Part shown: one piece after another, positions 25,591-35,235 of the stretch
How positions within the stretch are numbered: the stretch's first letter is position 1
Layout: each line of letters begins with the position of its first letter
NCBI RefSeq assembly: GCF_011745625.1
Contig: NW_027191493.1
Span: forward strand, 62,001-126,000
DNA length: 64,000 bases
Source: Cladosporium halotolerans
Taxonomy: Eukaryota
Direction of reading: 5' to 3'
Made by a program: the position numbers and the translations under genes
The notes under the pieces: model-generated
What the model was told of the DNA's origin: nothing
The model's input: the letters and a program-made list of their open reading frames with translations, nothing else
Database searches by the model: none

Positions 25591-26181
25591 TCAGTTCTCC
25601 ACAAACTTCTTCCCTCCGCTCTCACATTTACCTAGCTTGCTAATGTTCGCACAGGTATCGAGGTAATGCTCCTATTCATAGGTACCAGCGCCAAAGACCA
25701 CGTGACCTTCCCAATTCCCTCCGTGAGTTAGCTTCATACACTGCACTCCGCACGCAGATTTCGGGATTTCTTTATCGATGTAGTGATCGATAGCACCCTG
25801 CATGGTGTTGCGCTGAGCAGTAGTGTGACAATTGCCCTCAGCCATCACTGCATATTGGTAGTCTGGATCGTGAAACTCCTTGGCGGTGCAAGTCCTGTCG
25901 TCAGAGTTGGCAAAGACAAGATTCGCAATCCCCGTTGCGAGTGAGAGGCCGAACGCGCCCATAGCCAAGAATCTGTCGAAAGTAAGTTCTATGGTTGCGC
26001 CGCACACCTGGATCTGCAGTCTTTCACTTAGAGTCGTGTTGGTCAGGCCGAGTTCGAAAGCGTCCAGATCGATCTCGTGATAGGGCATCCTGATTTTTGG
26101 CTTTTGCGACTTCACGGGCGATGCTGTAGCCCAAGAGCCCGAGAAAATTAAGGCTAGCAGCCAGGAAGATTCGAAACGCAT
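25591..26181 (-). pseudogene. Small secreted Cys-rich protein (CSS2 C-terminal-like), interrupted by one in-frame TAG at 25672-25674
   Basis: Signal peptide MRFESSWLLALIFSGSWATA, LSER pro-site and GNCHTTAQRNTMQGAI…CGVQCMKLTHGGNWEG. After the TAG the frame continues EHYLDTCANISKLGKCESGGKKFVEN to TGA TAA. It could instead be a functional 169-aa truncated CDS. Confidence 0.6.
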
Positions 26182-27445
26182 CTTGTTTGTTCCAAAGAAT
26201 GTAAGCATCAACTGTGCTGAGGACTAAGACAAGGACGAAGAACGCTGTGATATCCGCTATCATCTGAAGGATTCCGCGTTACCAGCGGTATGTTCAAGTT
26301 GGTGAGGCCTGGCTTTGTTGTGTAAAGGAGAGTAGGGAAATGAGATTGGCACCTTGGTGACCACCGAGAGATTCGCCAACGATGAAATAAGTTGCTTGGG
26401 GTGGCCGTCCTTTATGAACGAGCATTGTATGAAGGAAAAATCTGAGACGGAAATCGACAACAGTCAAGTGCCACCCCGTGGGCTAGGGCGGGCCTCTCGA
26501 AGGCAGCATTCGTTGCTGCGAGGCCTGTAGTATGGACGATAATCTGGGTGGTTGAGCCGACGAACTGCTTTAGTGCTTCTTCAGTCGGACGCCCCACGAG
26601 TCAGTCCCAGCATGCAAGCACTCGACTTTTCCGCCTGTATATATTTATAATATCTTTAACAGGCGGCTTCATGGAAGCGAATGTAGAAGCTTCAGCTAGT
26701 TAAGAATAATGTTATCTTTCCTGGTCGCCGTTCATGGCCTTCCGCACTGCAATCCACCACCGGATGGCCCCATGATCTCGCATGATGGTCAGCAGAGTTT
26801 GTCAACAGTGTTGACTCGTGTCCATTCCGCTCGCTTGAAGTAGTTGGTGGTTTCATCAAGTACTCGCTGTTTGTTGCGCAGCGGGCTTTCTCTGGGCGTA
26901 CTGCGCTTATTGGATCTCAAGCTCTACGCCACCAAGTGCGGGCAAGCTGTCAGCTCCACCACCGATAAGGCTGCATGATTACCCACCGCCTTCTACATCC
27001 CATTGATTTAAGTGTCGAACACAATGAATTCTCTTTACCGAGTGTGTGGGTTTTTAATACAAGCTGCGAATGTTGTAGGAATCACTACGACGTACACATC
27101 TCGAGGCTAATGAAGCCACAGTGGTTTTCGAGACCAACAGGACGGCACAGGTACCGTGGACCGTGGTTTAAATGCCAAGCAAGTACATGTTGGTATCACG
27201 CGATGTCGTGATTCCAGGTCTACCCATCGCCGCGTGGCTGGGCCTCGAGCTGAAGAGCTTGTCCAATCGAGATATGCTCCCGCCATGCCAGGCTTGTACA
27301 TCTCCTGACTGTAGCCCCACTGTTCAGGTAGGTAGGTGAAATGCCAACTGCACGGCATAGCTGCAAGACTAGATATTCATGACGACTGTCTTCCGTCTCC
27401 AGTCGAGCATGCTACTTTGAGTCGTCTTTCCGCTTGCACAATGCG

Positions 27446-29583
27446 ATGGATACTACAAATGACAACTTGACATTGCGCGATCTTGGGCTCTGCCCTGGTT
27501 ATCCAACGGATCATCGGAAATCCTCTACCGGAACCGGACCAATGGATGAAACTCACCGTGGCTCTGCAGATTCGGTCCCCCACGTTGATATCACAGAGTA
27601 CCAGCCGTACAGACCGTCGAGCTTGACTTCCTTGCATGAACTGCCAGCAAACGAACCTAGGAAACTCGGATTCACGGTCTCGAGCCACGCAATGCCAGAA
27701 GACAGTCTACTTCCGCGCACAGGAAACGAGAAATCTTTGGTAGCTCAACGGCAATATGGAAGGCTTGGGAGTAGTCCACATACACTCTTGAGAGCTTGGT
27801 TACCCGAGTTGGTAGCTCTGACACTGTCTCTTGCTTGCCTCACGTCCTTGATCGCTGTGCTGTTCGCTTATGAAGGTCGCTCGGTCACAAGACTAGGGCT
27901 GCCACCATACTTGACGCTAAACGGCATCGTGGCAGCCATATCAACAGTCGGCAGGGCGTGTCTCATGGCCCTCCTTTGCGCGGCCATTATGCAAGCGATG
28001 TGGCTCACCTACTTCCGTGAAGCGGGAAAGACAAACTGTCGAAGCCGGCTCGAAGACATGGATCTTTTCTATGAAGCTTCCAATGGTGCCTGGGGAAGTT
28101 TTTGGTTTCTGTTTCGTATGCGCAGGCGGCAGTAAGTGCTCTTCCGTTGATGACTTGCTCATTTGAGAGATACTAAGCAAGACAGCGGCTTTCTGGCTCT
28201 TACTGGATGCCTCATAATGGTGTTCTCGCTGGCTTACAACGCCATGGCCCCACAGGCTATTCGTTACGAATTGCTACCAAGCAAGGACGGCCCAGTGGCG
28301 GAGAACGTGCCACGGAGTGAGACTTGGGATCAACGCATCGGGCACGGCACGTCCAAGCCATGTAAGCAGCTCACATGTTGTCTCAGTTCTGAAATTGCCA
28401 GCGAGCTGACAACAGCACGATAGTCCCTCCGCTTGAAATGGTTGCAGCAATATATGATGGCATCCTCACTGAAGAGGTCAAACCAATTGAGCCGCCCTGC
28501 CCATCCGGAAACTGTACTTGGCCAGACACTACGTCTCTGGCGATCTGTGGTGCATGCGAGAAGTCAACATACCGAATGCTGCAATGCGATCCGCCGCAGT
28601 GTAGTGAGTGTGGCTTGAACTATACGTCTACATGCGAGTACATTCTGCCGTCTGGGGCTTATCCTAGGATCATGAATGTTGCCGCCGATTCCTCACAGTG
28701 GATGTCAGGTGGAGAAATCGCTCGATTCGCCGCTATCCCGGGCAACGGCCATGCGTTCAATTACAGCTCTACAGACCGCGTGTATCTACTGGACGTCGAG
28801 TTGTTTGGTACAAGCTTTGATACGATACACGGCACAGACTCCAACCTCACTCTGCTCAATACCGAATGCGCCCTTTGGATGTGTGTGCAGACTTACCATA
28901 CTGAAATGGAGAGCACTATCCACCACGAGCGAGTGGTCTCTAAAGAAGACGAACTGGACTCAGATTATAGCGTCGACACATACTTGCAGTCAGATGCTCA
29001 ACTCTATCACTTCCCGCCCATGTCCATACGACCTGGTGGCCTCAAAAGCCTGAACTTCACCGTCAACGTCGGCGCAGCAGAATCCCTCTCACGATTCCTC
29101 ACCAACTCCTTCACCGGCAACGTCAGCACGCATTATGACACAATCGATTACAGCTCCAACTTCATGCTCGGCATCTGGCAAGGAACCCGCGACCCGGACG
29201 CTTGGATCGCCAATCTCGCGCAAAGCATGACGAACGTCGTCCGCTCGTTCGACCAGACTTCTCGGCCTCAGTACAACGGAACATCCTACGAGCTTTCCAT
29301 TGATGTGCTCTGGCGCTGGATGTTCTTTCCCATTGTACTCGTCCTCTGCTCCGCGGCTTTCTTGATTGCCGTTATCTTGAAGACGGCTTCGCATCCAGAG
29401 GCGGAGACTTGGAAGGGTAGCCCGCTTGCTTTTCTACTTTTTGGGTTGCAATCTGATGTCAAGGCGGAGGGTCTGCGGCGGATGAGTGAGGATGGCTGGG
29501 TTGCTACACAGAAGGAGCTGGGCGAGTGTCGCGTTAGGCTGGTTACTGAGGCTAACGGCGGGAGGCGGTTTTATGCTGTTTAG
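27446..29583 (+). CDS. DUF3176-type fungal membrane protein; 3 exons
   Basis: WLPELVAL…LTLNGIVAAIST…DMDLFYEASNGAWGSF, CPSGNCTWPDTTSLAICGAC, ECALWMCVQTY, NLAQSMTNVVR and WKGSPLAFL; introns ~28131-28186 and ~28362-28422 are in phase. Confidence 0.8.
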
Positions 29584-29782
29584 TAACTTCTTGTATCGCG
29601 GCAGGATGAGCCTAATTAATCAACTCAAGGACCGGTGGCGTAAATTTCAAAACGGAGAGCTCGAACGCATCTTCTATGATCATGTCTGAAGAATTCCAGT
29701 GAAACGTGATCAGGTGGTGTAGCGAGATTCCAGCAAACAACATAGTCATAAGCGTTATGGTCACAAATGATGTAACAGATTC

Positions 29783-29881
29783 GGTCAGATGGCCGAGTGG
29801 TTATGGCGCTAGCTTCAGGTAGTCTTTAGAAGCTACTTGCTAGTGGAGCTATCCTCGTGGGTTCGAGTCCCACTTTGATCA
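29783..29881 (+). tRNA. tRNA-Leu(CAG) with ~18-nt intron
   Basis: Acceptor stem GGTCAGA/TTTGATC plus discriminator A; D arm GCC…GGC; anticodon stem CTAGC/GCTAG with loop TT-CAG-G followed by the intron; long variable arm; T arm GTGGG-TTCGAGT-CCCAC; T-runs downstream. Confidence 0.9.
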
Positions 29882-30278
29882 ATATCTTTTGCTTTTGGCC
29901 TGAGCGTACCAGCTTTTGCTTTTTGATGCCAATGAAACCCCGAGAAGCATTGGTTCGGCTTTTTGCTTGACTGGAACTGATCGGCGTGACCCGATGGTGT
30001 CCTTTACAGCCAAACTTCAGCGCAGAGCTTTCTGCGGAGTTCACGGGTGCGGTGCAAAAGTAGTCTGATGATAAATATGGAAATTATTGCAAGATTTTTG
30101 TGATAATGAGTTTTTCCGTTTCTACCTAATATCTCTCAAGGCTGTCTAACGCAGCAAATTCAAAGCAAACGTAGAATGGCAGCCAGCCGAACTGGGACGC
30201 CAGGGAATACAACAACATACGGGTAGAGATAGGAGAGCTGGCAACCACATGCAGCGGGAGATTCTCAATTTACTGTTC

Positions 30279-33200
30279 TCACATCCAGAACATCGTGTCA
30301 TCAAGATTCTTGTGCCACGGATTGGCCGGCGCACCCACCGTCCGTTTTTCTCCAGCCCCACGGTAGAATAGATCCGCCGCGCGCTTGAACACTTGCTCAT
30401 ACGTGAGATTCTGATTGCGAAGATCAGGCACCTCATCCAGGAAAGGCTGCAGGTAGAGCCGGGCCCGCTCACACAACCTGTCTGCGTAGTACGTCGCTGG
30501 CACATAGCTGACGGAGGAAAGGCTCCTGCCCCAAGTGAAGCACAAGTTGAAAGTGAGGTCCTGGATCTCCTTGGGAGTGAACTCCATCCCATTTTGGAGC
30601 ACGAAATAGTGCGTGGGACGCGCAGTCCCTAACTTGCCAGGTACAGTGTGCGACAGAAGGTAGAAGTCGAAGTAGTAGGGATGCGTGATGGAGCTGTCCA
30701 CGACAGTACCCGGGAGACAATTTCCGCTCATTGTCAAGGAAGGATTGAATGACTTTTGATTTGGAACGGGCTTCACTTTCGGATAAATGCGGCTGTTGTG
30801 CCGCTTGGTCACCACAACGGCGGTGATCTGGGGAGAATTGCTCAGGTTCGTTCCCGAAGCCTTCGATTTCGAAGCTTTGCCCGGCTGTGTCCATTCACGC
30901 TCTTTGTCGTTGAGCTTTGTCCATGCGGATTTTATGGCTGTGATTTCTCTCTCGCGGACTTCAGCATACTGACTGTGCCCGACGCCGTCCCGATAGAAGA
31001 GGATGTTATTCGGAAGTTTGCTGTTGTTTTGTTCGTACCAATAGCTGAGAAGGTCAAATACCATTGACTCCATGTCGTCAATGATGTCCTTTCGGGATGT
31101 GTTGAGACGTACGTGGCCTGTGTACCGAGCGAAAGTGCCATCGACGGTTCCAACCACGGCAGCAATAGAAGGGGTGCCGTCGAGGCTTGCAGCACCTGGG
31201 TGTGTCACATCGGCTCCGATGATGATGGTGTCAAGAGAGCCTCCGATCTTTGGGAAGCTCGTCCCACTTTGAAGGACGTGGTTGACATTGCCACAGCGAA
31301 GATTTAGCTTCATGGCAATGTTGCGGAAGTAATCGTTCATGCCTTTCGAGGAAGGGAGATTTATAGCAGAGGAATTGAATGTCCCGCGTGCTTTCTCAGC
31401 TTCTCTCGTGAGGATGGCTACGATCTTCTGCTCGCACATCCCAATTGACTTTATACCGAGCAGCTGATCGGCAACAATTCTGAAATTGGTGTAACGTTGG
31501 CGTTGCTCAGAATCATTCACTGGGAGGATCAGTACTGCAAGATCGCACTTGTTCTGCGGTGCTTGCAGCGTCGACTGCAAGCCCTCGGGAGTCCAGACAT
31601 CAATATCGACAATATTGGAGTTAGCCAGGAGTAATTGTTGCTCGCCGTACTGCGTTTGAACGTCCAAGAAGCGGGAAGTGTAACGCTTGAGGAAGTTGCC
31701 GTTGTCTCTGTACATATCCTTTTCTTTCAACTTAAAGAATCGCACCTTCGCCGTGGCCCCTGCCGTGTCCCCAAACCTGCGACGGGTATTGGTGAACTTT
31801 GCGCCCGGCTGCATGGTCCAGAAACCATGATCATTCGGATGCTGCTTCACAGGAAAGAGATGGCCACTCGCGTTCTTGTACATGATTCTGGGCTGCGCAA
31901 TCTGACGTGCCGGAACCTCGAGAAGATTTGAAGAAACTCGAAGTCCCAAACTTTGCAACAGATTTGGCAATTGCGCGGGATTGTCGAGTTTCAAGCATTG
32001 CAGACCTTCCCCGACGATAGCTCCATAATTCTCCTCTGGTCGCCTCTTCGCGATTTTCATCATTTTCGCAGTCTCTTCAGGCGAAAGAGTACCGCGATAT
32101 GGCTGATCGCTCAGGACGTCAAGTTGCTCTGCAAGGTGAAACTTCTGGTTCGGAGCCTGCTTGCGACCAACGTTGCCTGTGGGCAAGTCCAGATTGAAGT
32201 TGCTGCTCAAGTTATACTTGCTGCGGAGGTGATCCCAGACTGTTTCGGAAGGGAGATTCTTCTGAAGAGTTTGGCCCCGAGGCTTACCGCCGAGATCGCA
32301 CAAGGTCTTGGTCCTACGGGCCTCGGAGTCAATTTCGGGACCTTGACCGTCTACGCCGGAGCGGCTGAAGTTGACTCTGACTCGGAGGCCGCACAGATGA
32401 GATTTGAGAAATTGCAGGTGTAGAATGGAGCGCCTGTCCATGAATTCATCCAGGCGCTGAGGTTTGTAGAAAGCACTGGTGGTATTGTTCACGTTCAGGA
32501 GAATGCTTCCCATTGCTGGGCGGATGGATGAGAAGTACCCCTGGATGGCGAGAAGGCCTTTGCTCGAGTTGTCAAGTTCTTCATGTCCTGGACGGAAGTA
32601 GAATCGATTGTCGCCCACTTGGAAAACATTGCCGCGACTAGGAGTACCACTTGCAACCTGCTGTGAGCTGGAAACACCATCGTCGGTAACGCCTTTCGCG
32701 ATGACAATGTTCAATGCTTCCTTTGCACCGACGTCTTCGTACCGCTCGTCAAAGCCGCCGACAAAACCCTTCAAGCCATCCAGAGAGTGCTTCTTGGCAA
32801 AAACAACCTCCAAACTACGCTGCTTGGGTTCGCCGCGATTGCCTGACTCAAAGTCGTTCACAATTACCTGGCGAACGATCTGCCCCGATGTCGGCTCACT
32901 GTCAACGTTGAAGAGGGGTTTGCAGGTGATGATCTTCTTCTTGCAATCCGTAGCTAACTCGCCTCGGGCATTGAACATGTCTCGATCAATCTCAATCATG
33001 TCCAGGATGAACATCTTTCTCTTGGCGCGAGTGGCTGATGATGGGATGCCTTCGACATGGTATTCATACAGCACCTTGCCTACAGGAATGTCGACCTTGA
33101 AGTGATTCGTGATAACACTTGTTCGCTGGCCTGGTACGATGGAGGGCCGAAGCGTGTAATGCTTGGATCGCACACCGCCTTTGCCGATTTCTGTATCACG

Positions 33201-33590
33201 CTTATTGGCAATAGTAGCTTCGTTGAAGCTGAAAGTCAACATGTTGTGCGGCTCAGTCGCTGTAATCGCATTGCTCGTGTTGACATCTTGTTGATCTGGC
33301 AGTGTAAAGATACCGGGTCGGTCGCGGTGGGAAGTTCCAGCTGGACAGCATCGCTGTATTTGCCCTCTATGTTCGGTGGAAGGTTTCTTCTCAATAGAAG
33401 AATCCGTGGGATCTGGGCTTCCAGGAGGTTCTTTGCCATCCGGCAGGGGAGATGGCGGATGAGGAGGTTGCGGTTGTTGGTTGTAGGTGGACGGTCCGGG
33501 TTGTGGGCTTTGAGAAGGATTGTCATCCACTGGATCATAGCCTGGTATGGCTCCTGCTGTGGCTCCTGGGCGCTTCTTCTTCCTCGCCAT
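30279..33590 (-). CDS. Argonaute (N, L1, PAZ, MID, PIWI); intronless, 1103 aa from MARKKK
   Basis: VITNHF, GYFSSIRP…LLNVNNTTSAFY, IIIGADVTHP, PSIAAVVGT, FYRDGV, VVTKRHNSR, GNCLPGTVVD, GTARPTHY, SYVPATYYADRLCERARLY and H…DTMFWM. Confidence 0.95.
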   Translation of the reverse strand: MARKKKRPGATAGAIPGYDPVDDNPSQSPQPGPSTYNQQPQPPHPPSPLPDGKEPPGSPDPTDSSIEKKPSTEHRGQIQRCCPAGTSHRDRPGIFTLPDQQDVNTSNAITATEPHNMLTFSFNEATIANKRDTEIGKGGVRSKHYTLRPSIVPGQRTSVITNHFKVDIPVGKVLYEYHVEGIPSSATRAKRKMFILDMIEIDRDMFNARGELATDCKKKIITCKPLFNVDSEPTSGQIVRQVIVNDFESGNRGEPKQRSLEVVFAKKHSLDGLKGFVGGFDERYEDVGAKEALNIVIAKGVTDDGVSSSQQVASGTPSRGNVFQVGDNRFYFRPGHEELDNSSKGLLAIQGYFSSIRPAMGSILLNVNNTTSAFYKPQRLDEFMDRRSILHLQFLKSHLCGLRVRVNFSRSGVDGQGPEIDSEARRTKTLCDLGGKPRGQTLQKNLPSETVWDHLRSKYNLSSNFNLDLPTGNVGRKQAPNQKFHLAEQLDVLSDQPYRGTLSPEETAKMMKIAKRRPEENYGAIVGEGLQCLKLDNPAQLPNLLQSLGLRVSSNLLEVPARQIAQPRIMYKNASGHLFPVKQHPNDHGFWTMQPGAKFTNTRRRFGDTAGATAKVRFFKLKEKDMYRDNGNFLKRYTSRFLDVQTQYGEQQLLLANSNIVDIDVWTPEGLQSTLQAPQNKCDLAVLILPVNDSEQRQRYTNFRIVADQLLGIKSIGMCEQKIVAILTREAEKARGTFNSSAINLPSSKGMNDYFRNIAMKLNLRCGNVNHVLQSGTSFPKIGGSLDTIIIGADVTHPGAASLDGTPSIAAVVGTVDGTFARYTGHVRLNTSRKDIIDDMESMVFDLLSYWYEQNNSKLPNNILFYRDGVGHSQYAEVREREITAIKSAWTKLNDKEREWTQPGKASKSKASGTNLSNSPQITAVVVTKRHNSRIYPKVKPVPNQKSFNPSLTMSGNCLPGTVVDSSITHPYYFDFYLLSHTVPGKLGTARPTHYFVLQNGMEFTPKEIQDLTFNLCFTWGRSLSSVSYVPATYYADRLCERARLYLQPFLDEVPDLRNQNLTYEQVFKRAADLFYRGAGEKRTVGAPANPWHKNLDDTMFWM

Positions 33591-34260
33591 ACTGGTGCAA
33601 TGTTTTTGAACTGAGTATTGTTGGCAGCAGAAACCTGAGGATGCAGAGACCCGTGGATGGAGGAAGGTGTTGTGAGGTAGTAATGAGACGTGACAGAGCC
33701 AGCGGCAAAATTTAAGTATCGCGAGGAGAAGGTGAAGTGCGCTCCGCAGCAAGCAAGACATGGAATCAGGCAAGCAGCGAACACGAGAGAGATCAGTTGG
33801 CACGACATGTTTGCTCCGGTGACTGACATCATGTACTTTATTGCATGTACTGGTCAGTGAAAGAGCAGACGAAACATGAAGGCAATTGCGAAGTTTGTGG
33901 TTTGACTCACATCTCTCTGCTGGATCTCTTCATACTGCACGGGCGCTTCATTGCGAAAGATGGCCCGAGAAGACTGAGAAATCATGAGGAAAAAGACCGA
34001 ATGCGCAAAAAGACTTCGAATTTCCGGAGATCGATGTTGGCGATCATTGTGCCACTGATCAGTAACGGATACCTTATCACGCTTATGCCTATGTCTCATG
34101 GTATCCTGCTCAGTATCCTGGTCATTGTCAGCAAGATCACAACCGAATAAGTCGCTTCGATACTCACCTATTACTCCAATGCCTCCAAAAAGACAATTTC
34201 GAAATGTGGAAGTCCGAATCATAGTCCTTCAGTCGTGAGAAGGTGCTGATGAAGGCCCGT

Positions 34261-35214
34261 CTACTTCCCACTCTGCGGACCCATCGCATTACCAACAACC
34301 CTCTCCCTCTCCTTCAAATTCCTCCCACGGCCCTCAGCCACACTCATCGCTTCCAGCTCCTCATCCTCACTGTCATCGTCCTGAGCAGGTTCCCAGCCGG
34401 CCAAACCTCTGAGCACTCTATTCTCCTCCTTCAAAGCTGAAATCTTCCGTGTGAACGGGAGCTTCTCGTCCTCTCTCGCTCTGACTGCCCGCCTCAGCTC
34501 TTCGTTCAGTTTGCTCAAACCCCGTTGCCAATCCTGATGGATCTGCTGCGCTTGGACGGTTTCAGCGCGCGATTCTTGAAGGAGATGTGTGTAGTGCTTG
34601 TGGATAGACGTGATGTAATCGTTTTGCTGAAAGACGTAGTTGCGTATACGCTCGGTCGCTTCGGTCAGTGTATCTTCGTATGCGGCTTGTAGACGGTTGT
34701 GTTCTTCGTTTGCTTTTTCGTAGGCGGCGATGCGGTTGTTTGCGGCGTCGAGGGAGCGCTGGAGCGAGGTTATGGTCGGGGCTGAGGGGTCGGCTGCTGC
34801 TGTGAGGTTGTGGTCACTATTTGCGCTCTGGAGGGGCGGCGCATGATGCGCGCGGGGATTACGGGAACATACATTGTCCTGAAGCTTCACCATTAACGGC
34901 AGGCAGTGAGGGTAAGCCTGTGGGGTACCTAGCCTACACGTCGTGTCACTATACCGCCCCACTGCTACTACTGGGGGAGCAAGATGGGTATTCAATTGCT
35001 CTGGTGATCGACATACGTTACGCCTTTCCACTTGTTCCAATCCTTCCTGAACACTAAGAAAATCCTCCCTGTTCTGTTGCAACCATCCTGACAAAGTTTC
35101 CATGTTCTGCATGAGTGTCTGCATGTCGCTGTAATGCCCAGCGGAAGGCATCCCATTCAGACCGCCGGTGGCGTTGTAGAGGCCAGCGTTGCCAGCGTTC
35201 TGGTGGTTGGCCAT
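34261..35214 (-). CDS. Fungal coiled-coil hypothetical protein; probably 3 exons
   Basis: MPSAGHYSDMQTLMQNMETLSGWLQQNRE N-terminus, heptad-rich core and ISALKEENRVLRGLAGW; two GTATGT…AG introns give a consistent frame. Confidence 0.75.
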   Translation of the reverse strand: MANHQNAGNAGLYNATGGLNGMPSAGHYSDMQTLMQNMETLSGWLQQNREDFLSVQEGLEQVERRNVCRSPEQLNTHLAPPVVAVGRYSDTTCRLGTPQAYPHCLPLMVKLQDNVCSRNPRAHHAPPLQSANSDHNLTAAADPSAPTITSLQRSLDAANNRIAAYEKANEEHNRLQAAYEDTLTEATERIRNYVFQQNDYITSIHKHYTHLLQESRAETVQAQQIHQDWQRGLSKLNEELRRAVRAREDEKLPFTRKISALKEENRVLRGLAGWEPAQDDDSEDEELEAMSVAEGRGRNLKERERVVGNAMGPQSGK

Positions 35215-35235
35215 TGTTGCAGATCTCAAGCGCGC

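Noticed and set aside
29808..29845. Reading the tRNA anticodon as TCA (selenocysteine or opal suppressor)
   Set aside because: The CTAGC/GCTAG stem fixes the loop as TT-CAG-G. The 7-bp acceptor stem, A discriminator and intron fit tRNA-Leu.
33591..33803. 71-aa N-terminal extension of the Argonaute from the GTG at 33803
   Set aside because: Non-ATG start and UTR-like composition; the ATG at 33590 is the more plausible start.
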